From assembly GCA_944380295.1 (NCBI GenBank), contig CALWHE010000008.1:6233-70232 (forward strand): a stretch of DNA of 64,000 bases, in the 5' to 3' direction. Position 1 is the stretch's first letter; each line of letters begins with the position of its first letter. The position numbers and the translations under genes are program-made. The notes under the pieces are model-generated. The model ran no database searches, was not told the DNA's origin, and saw only the letters and a list, made by a program, of their open reading frames with translations. Of this stretch, positions 59,753 to 64,000 are shown piece after piece. Source of the stretch: an uncultured Christensenellaceae bacterium. Its GTDB lineage: Bacteria; Bacillota; Clostridia; Christensenellales; UBA3700.

Positions 59753-59989
59753 ATGACCACTATGGCAGAAAAACAGCGTGAGCTGGACATCATGAAATGG
59801 AATGACAGCGTGCAGCGCGGACAGGACTGCTGCGGCAGTTACGAATTTTGCGCCGACTGCGACAAATCGCAGGATTATCCCTGCGCGTTCGCCTTTGAAA
59901 AGCACGGCGAGAAGAAGAGCGTGAAAGCCGCCAAGCCCGCCGCCAAAAAGACGGCAGCCAAAAAGCCCGCTGCAAAAAAGAGCAAATAA
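59753..59989 (+). CDS. Small Cys-rich protein with histone H1-like AAKK/PAAKK tail
   Basis: RBS GGAGG 8 nt upstream; DCCGSYEFCADCD...PCA; tail KAAKPAAKKTAAKKPAAKKSK; own promoter and terminator. Confidence 0.8.
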   Translation: MTTMAEKQRELDIMKWNDSVQRGQDCCGSYEFCADCDKSQDYPCAFAFEKHGEKKSVKAAKPAAKKTAAKKPAAKKSK

Positions 59990-60002
59990 TTTTGCCAAAG
60001 CG

Positions 60003-60045
60003 CAAAACGCGCGCCCCGCAAAGGGCGCGCGTTTTGTTTTTTTTT
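60003..60045. terminator. Intrinsic terminator between convergent genes
   Basis: CAAAACGCGCGCCC-CGCAAA-GGGCGCGCGTTTTG followed by T9. Confidence 0.85.
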
Positions 60046-60090
60046 GCGGAAAAACCGTGCGCCGCGCGTTTTGTCCGCCGGCGCGTTTTC

Positions 60091-61644
60091 TTAAAATTTG
60101 TCTTCGCTCTTGCGCAAAAACGCCTTGGTCACGCTGCTCCTGGGGTGGTCGAACACCTCCTGCGGCGTGCCTTCTTCTTCCACCACGCCGCCCGACATGA
60201 ACAGCACCTTGTCCGCCACGTCGCGGGCAAAATCCATTTCGTGCGTGACCACTATCATGGTGCGCTCGGAAGACTTCAAACCCTTGATGACTTTGAGCAC
60301 CTCGCCGGTGAGTTCGGGATCGAGTGCGGAAGTGGGTTCGTCAAAGCAGAGTATGTTGGGGCGCATCGCCAGGGCGCGCGCGATCGCCACGCGCTGGCAC
60401 TGTCCGCCCGAGAGTTCGCAGGGATAAGAACGCACCTTGTCCGCCAGTCCCACCTGTTCGAGCAGGGTGTATGCGTGGCGCTCTATCTCGCCGCGTCTTC
60501 TGGCGGCATATTCGTGCTTGTCCGGTCTGCCGCCGCTTGCCGCGCATTCTTTCGCCGTTCTTTTGGCGGCTTCCACGTCCTCTTTGGCAAGGGTCTGCGC
60601 TATTATTTCCGCTTTGGAGAGGGCTTTTACGTCCACTTTGCCCTGCGCCGCCGCTTTCTCCGCCTTGGCAAAGAGGGAGAGCATTTTCAGCTCTTCTTTG
60701 ATCATCAGGCGGGGCGCCAGGGTCACGTTATCCAACACCGTGTATTGCGGGAAAAGGTTGAAGCTCTGGAACACCAAGCCGAAGTGCAGGCGTTTGCTGC
60801 GAATATAGGCGGCGGAATCCATCTTTTTCAGCTCCGCCGCGCCTTCTTTGCGCAGGCGGGCAAATTCAACTTTATTCGCCTTTGCCGCTTGTGCGGAAAC
60901 GGCTTTTCCCTTGTCCGTGCCGCCGCAGGCGATATACTTTTTGCGCGCGCGCTTCAAAATGCGCTCGGGCGCGTCTTTGATATTGAGCATGTCCGCAAAA
61001 GTCTGCGCGTCTTCGGAGGTGAAAAGTTTTTCCAGCGCCTGCCGGCATTGCTCGTTTATCTCTTTCAGTTCTGCTTTGATCAGTTTTTCCGGTTGCAGTT
61101 TTTCTTTGAGAGCGGCTTCTCCGCGCATGGCGCGCTGTTTGTCGCGCTCCAAAGATTCGGATATTATTTCACTGCGGCGGCGGCTGACATAGATCTCTTC
61201 CGCCGCCTTGCGCAGCGGGCGGGAGAGGAAGGGTATGCGCAAAAATTCTGCAAAGTCTGCCGTGTTTTCGGAAACGGGCAGGGTGTATTCGCGCTTTTCG
61301 TCAAACTCAAAGCGTGCCAGAGGTCCCGTGACGCTTTTCACGTAACGCGCCTTTGCCGCGGCATAACGCATGCCCGTGCACAGCGGCGAGGAGAGGGAAG
61401 AAGCCAGCGTGCCGTCTTCCATTTTCACCTTGGACATGTCAAAGAGCACGTTGTCGCCCACGCTGAGCACGCCTCTGTCCGCGCGCTCCAAAAAGGTTAT
61501 GCAGCGCAGCAGGGTGGTCTTGCCACTGCCGGAAGAGCCGATGATCGCCAGCACCTGCCCCTTTTCCAGATCGAAGGAGATACCTTTGAGCACCTTGTTG
61601 GCGCCGAAGTTTTTGTATATATCTCTGACTTTCAGATAAGACAT
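60091..61644 (-). CDS. Polar amino-acid ABC transporter ATPase (GlnQ-like) with two large insertions
   Basis: GSSGSGKTT, VFQSFNLFP, LSGGQCQRVAIARAL, FDEPTSALDPE, VTHEM; 517 aa. Confidence 0.9.
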   Translation of the reverse strand: MSYLKVRDIYKNFGANKVLKGISFDLEKGQVLAIIGSSGSGKTTLLRCITFLERADRGVLSVGDNVLFDMSKVKMEDGTLASSLSSPLCTGMRYAAAKARYVKSVTGPLARFEFDEKREYTLPVSENTADFAEFLRIPFLSRPLRKAAEEIYVSRRRSEIISESLERDKQRAMRGEAALKEKLQPEKLIKAELKEINEQCRQALEKLFTSEDAQTFADMLNIKDAPERILKRARKKYIACGGTDKGKAVSAQAAKANKVEFARLRKEGAAELKKMDSAAYIRSKRLHFGLVFQSFNLFPQYTVLDNVTLAPRLMIKEELKMLSLFAKAEKAAAQGKVDVKALSKAEIIAQTLAKEDVEAAKRTAKECAASGGRPDKHEYAARRRGEIERHAYTLLEQVGLADKVRSYPCELSGGQCQRVAIARALAMRPNILCFDEPTSALDPELTGEVLKVIKGLKSSERTMIVVTHEMDFARDVADKVLFMSGGVVEEEGTPQEVFDHPRSSVTKAFLRKSEDKF

Positions 61645-61645
61645 T

Positions 61646-62299
61646 TCACACCTTGTAATAATTGAGTTTTCTTTCCATATAGCCGAAGAGCAAAGTGAGT
61701 ATGCCGTTGAACACCAGATAGAACGCGCCCGCATAAAACAGCGGCCAGATCACGGCGTAAGTGTTTTGCAGGTTGTTGGCGGTGCGGACAAGCTCGTTCA
61801 CCGCAATTATCTGGGCAAGGGAAGTGTCCTTTACCAGGGTGATTATCTCGTTGCTCATGGGCGGGAGTATGCGCTTGATCATCTGCGGCATGATGATGCG
61901 GAAAAACACCTGTATGCGCGTCATGCCCAGCACGTAACCCGCTTCATATTGTCCGCGCGGCAGGTTTTGGATACCGCTGCGGTATATCTCGGAAAAATAG
62001 CAGGAGTAATTGATGGTGAAGGCGATCACCAAGGCGGTCATGCGTTCTTTGTATTGCCAATCGAACAAAAGACCGGGTCCGTAAAAGACCACGATTATCT
62101 GCAACAAAAGTGGAGTGCCGCGCACCACCCAAATTATTGCTTTGAACAGGTAGGCAAGCGGCTTGAAGCGCGAAGTGGAGCAGGCGCATACCACCAGCCC
62201 GAGCGGAATGGCGAGCACCAGAGTGAGCGCAAAAAGCAGCACCGTGACGCCGAAACCTTCAAAAAGCTGAGAGGTGGCTTGTCCCAAAGTAAGTCCCAT
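61646..62299 (-). CDS. Polar amino-acid ABC transporter permease
   Basis: RGTPLLLQ, YFSEIYRSG, GQYEA..LG, NEIITLVKDTSL. Confidence 0.93.
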   Translation of the reverse strand: MGLTLGQATSQLFEGFGVTVLLFALTLVLAIPLGLVVCACSTSRFKPLAYLFKAIIWVVRGTPLLLQIIVVFYGPGLLFDWQYKERMTALVIAFTINYSCYFSEIYRSGIQNLPRGQYEAGYVLGMTRIQVFFRIIMPQMIKRILPPMSNEIITLVKDTSLAQIIAVNELVRTANNLQNTYAVIWPLFYAGAFYLVFNGILTLLFGYMERKLNYYKV

Positions 62300-62354
62300 G
62301 TTTTACCTCAAAAAAAGGCGCGGCAGAGCCGCCGCGCCTAGTAGCTTTTGCAAA

Positions 62355-63197
62355 TTATTCGACCGCAACGTTGTAAGCGATGGGCGCGAACAGCGTGTAA
62401 CCTATGACTATTTCGCCCTTGGCAACGATGTTGTCCCAGCTGGACTTATCGGCGATGCTGTCCCATTGAGAAGTGTATTCTATGGGCTGAATAACGTCCG
62501 TCAAGCCGTATTTTTCCGCGATCTTGCCGATGGTGCCGTCTGCATAGAGCTTGGCAAGGGAAGTGTTTATCTTGTCCATGAGCGCGACTTCGCCCTTGCG
62601 CGCGGCAATGCCGTAATATTCGTCTTCCTGCGCTATCTTCACGTCCGCGATCATCAGGCTGTCGGCATATTCGCTGCCCGCTTCGTTCATATAGTAGTCC
62701 GCCATCACGCTGTCCATCACGCCGATGTCCGCGCTGCCCGCATTGAGTTCGGTGAGCACGTTTATCTGCGCGGTCACGCCGATGAGCGTTGCGCCCAGAT
62801 CTTGGATAAGCGTGGCGCCCTTGCTGCCGTTTTCGGCAGCCCAATTTTTCGAGGCGAGCATGGCTTCCATGGTGGAGAACTTATCCTTGTCCGCCTTTCT
62901 GATGATGGCGACCTGCTCGTTGAGCATATAAGGCTCGCTTATCTCCCACGCCGCTTCGCGCTCTTCCGTGATGGTCATGCCGTTCCACAAAAGGTCTACG
63001 TTCCTGGATTCGAGTTCGTTTTCCTTGGTATCCCAATTTATCTGCTCGAATTTTACATTAACGCCCAGGTCCTTGCCCACGGCTTGGGCAAGCTCGATGT
63101 CAAAACCGATGAGTTCGGTTTTTGTGCAGGCGGCGCCCAGGACTGCGGTGAGCACCACGGCGACAAGCACAAGTGCCAAAATTATTTTCTTTTTCAT
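62355..63197 (-). CDS. Amino-acid ABC substrate-binding lipoprotein (family 3), apparently circularly permuted
   Basis: Lipobox GAAC, GFDIELA, WNGMTITEER, SEPY, EYYGIAARKG, DGT..KIAEKY. The first-strand motif IVIGYTLFAPIAY sits at the C-terminus. Confidence 0.88.
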   Translation of the reverse strand: MKKKIILALVLVAVVLTAVLGAACTKTELIGFDIELAQAVGKDLGVNVKFEQINWDTKENELESRNVDLLWNGMTITEEREAAWEISEPYMLNEQVAIIRKADKDKFSTMEAMLASKNWAAENGSKGATLIQDLGATLIGVTAQINVLTELNAGSADIGVMDSVMADYYMNEAGSEYADSLMIADVKIAQEDEYYGIAARKGEVALMDKINTSLAKLYADGTIGKIAEKYGLTDVIQPIEYTSQWDSIADKSSWDNIVAKGEIVIGYTLFAPIAYNVAVE

Positions 63198-63234
63198 AAA
63201 AAACACCTCTTTTTCGGGTTGGTGATACCATTAT

Positions 63235-63252
63235 ACTTTATCGCATTAAAGT
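63235..63252. promoter_or_regulatory. Palindromic operator within the ABC operon promoter (HisR/YerC-like)
   Basis: ACTTTA-TCGCAT-TAAAGT occupies the spacer of the minus-strand promoter TTTACA-17 bp-TATAAT. Confidence 0.6.
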
Positions 63253-63303
63253 TGTAAAGCGTTTTGCCTCACTTTTTTCGGATGTTTTGCGGCAGCGGCA
63301 GCG

Positions 63304-63397
63304 GCAGCGTGACGCTACACCCGGAGCGCGGGGCGCTCCACCCCCTTATATGCTGCGCAAAATCTTTGCTTTGCTTAGAGGCGTTACTCTTCGCACC
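63304..63397 (-). repeat. REP-like element, inverted copy
   Basis: Minus strand reads GGTGCGAAGAGTAACGC-N21-TGCGCAGCATATAAGGGGGTGGAGCGCCCCGCGCTCCGGGTGTAGCGTCACGCTGC; homologous to 19431-19503 and 19344-19363. Confidence 0.85.
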
Positions 63398-63602
63398 TTT
63401 TTAGTAAGGCGGTTTTCCGCTATTATTTCAATTTCGGCAATAAGATAATATATGGATAGCATGTTCTCTTATCGCCGTGACGGAAAGGCGCGGCAATATC
63501 GGCTTGAAAAAGGCGGGTTATCACAAAAGGTTTTTTAATGGCACAATTTCGGCTCAAACGGAGAAAGGCAAAAAAATCAAGCCATAATATGACTGGAAAA
63601 AA

Positions 63603-63653
63603 TCGCAAGATGTGGGAAAAAGCGTTGACTTTGAACACAAGATATAGTATTAT
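63603..63653 (+). promoter_or_regulatory. Tandem NrdR boxes overlapping the nrdD promoter
   Basis: ACACAAGATATAGTAT (63635-63650) and weaker TCGCAAGATGTGGGAA (63603-63618), 32 bp apart; TTGACT-17 bp-TATTAT. Confidence 0.75.
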
Positions 63654-63687
63654 GTTTGCAGTTTTTCAGATAAGGAGCGGAAAAGTC

Positions 63688-64000
63688 ATGCAAGTTGTCA
63701 AAAGAGACGGAAAATTCGCCGAATACGACAGGACCAAAATAGCCGTGGCGATAGGCAAAGCCAATGCGGAAGTGGAAGAAGGGGAGCGCGCCTCCGAAAA
63801 GGAGATCAAGCAGATCCTGGACTTCATCGAGCACAAGGGGCGCAAGCGCATGCTGGTGGAAGACATTCAGGACATCATAGAAGAGCGCCTGATGGCTTAT
63901 GGGCATTACGAGCTTGCCAAAAAGTATATCATATACCGCTTTACCCGCGCGCTCATCCGCAAAGCCAACACCACGGACGAAGCCATTTTGGGTCTTATCC
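63688..64000 (+). CDS. nrdD: Anaerobic ribonucleoside-triphosphate reductase, N-terminal ATP cone (3' truncated)
   Basis: RBS AAGGAG; MQVVKRDG..AEYDRTKIAVAI.KA...VEDIQD..EE.LM...YELAKKYIIYR...ANTTD; NrdR boxes upstream. RNR class is inferred from the N-terminus only. Confidence 0.8.
   Translation, partial: MQVVKRDGKFAEYDRTKIAVAIGKANAEVEEGERASEKEIKQILDFIEHKGRKRMLVEDIQDIIEERLMAYGHYELAKKYIIYRFTRALIRKANTTDEAILGLI

Noticed and set aside
60810-61437. Intein in the ABC ATPase
   Set aside because: No C-terminal His-Asn followed by Cys/Ser/Thr and no LAGLIDADG-like motifs.
1-64000. tRNA, rRNA, tmRNA, SRP RNA, transposase, integrase or phage genes
   Set aside because: None recognised by eye in the intergenic regions or ORF translations; tRNAscan/Infernal would be needed to exclude divergent RNAs.

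Overview
Chromosomal window from a GC-rich, probably spore-forming anaerobic Firmicute (Clostridia-like, inferred from gene content: sigH, yabP/yabQ-like, yyaC, bofA-like, fhs, [FeFe]-hydrogenases, nrdD). It is mostly housekeeping and metabolic genes: citrate synthase, apgM, ftsH, fhs, glnS, purF, pgk-tpiA-gpmI, mrnC-thyX-rlmB-sigH, ung, an RsmF-like methylase, GH38 and GH29 glycosidases, an hfs-type sensory/catalytic hydrogenase operon, a polar amino-acid ABC transporter and the start of nrdD. I found no rRNA, tRNA, CRISPR array, transposase or prophage gene. Five things stand out. (1) A dispersed family of non-coding structured elements: a ~250-bp chain of hairpins punctuated by (G/A)TGAAAT, present twice in opposite orientation with compensatory stem changes (18955-19207, 33731-33974), plus related tandem units and REP-like repeats that fill the ~1 kb tpiA-gpmI spacer and recur at 19.2-19.5 kb and 63.3 kb. 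(2) An orphan catabolic cluster (membrane M28 hydrolase, class III aminotransferase, FGGY kinase, two class II aldolases) consistent with degradation of an amino-polyol. (3) An ABC transporter whose binding protein looks circularly permuted and whose ATPase is doubled in size by two insertions. (4) A YfcE-like gene inserted in the hfs operon, with a Rex-like box upstream. (5) A small Cys-rich protein with a histone H1-like tail. All calls come from reading motifs by eye; no database search was run.
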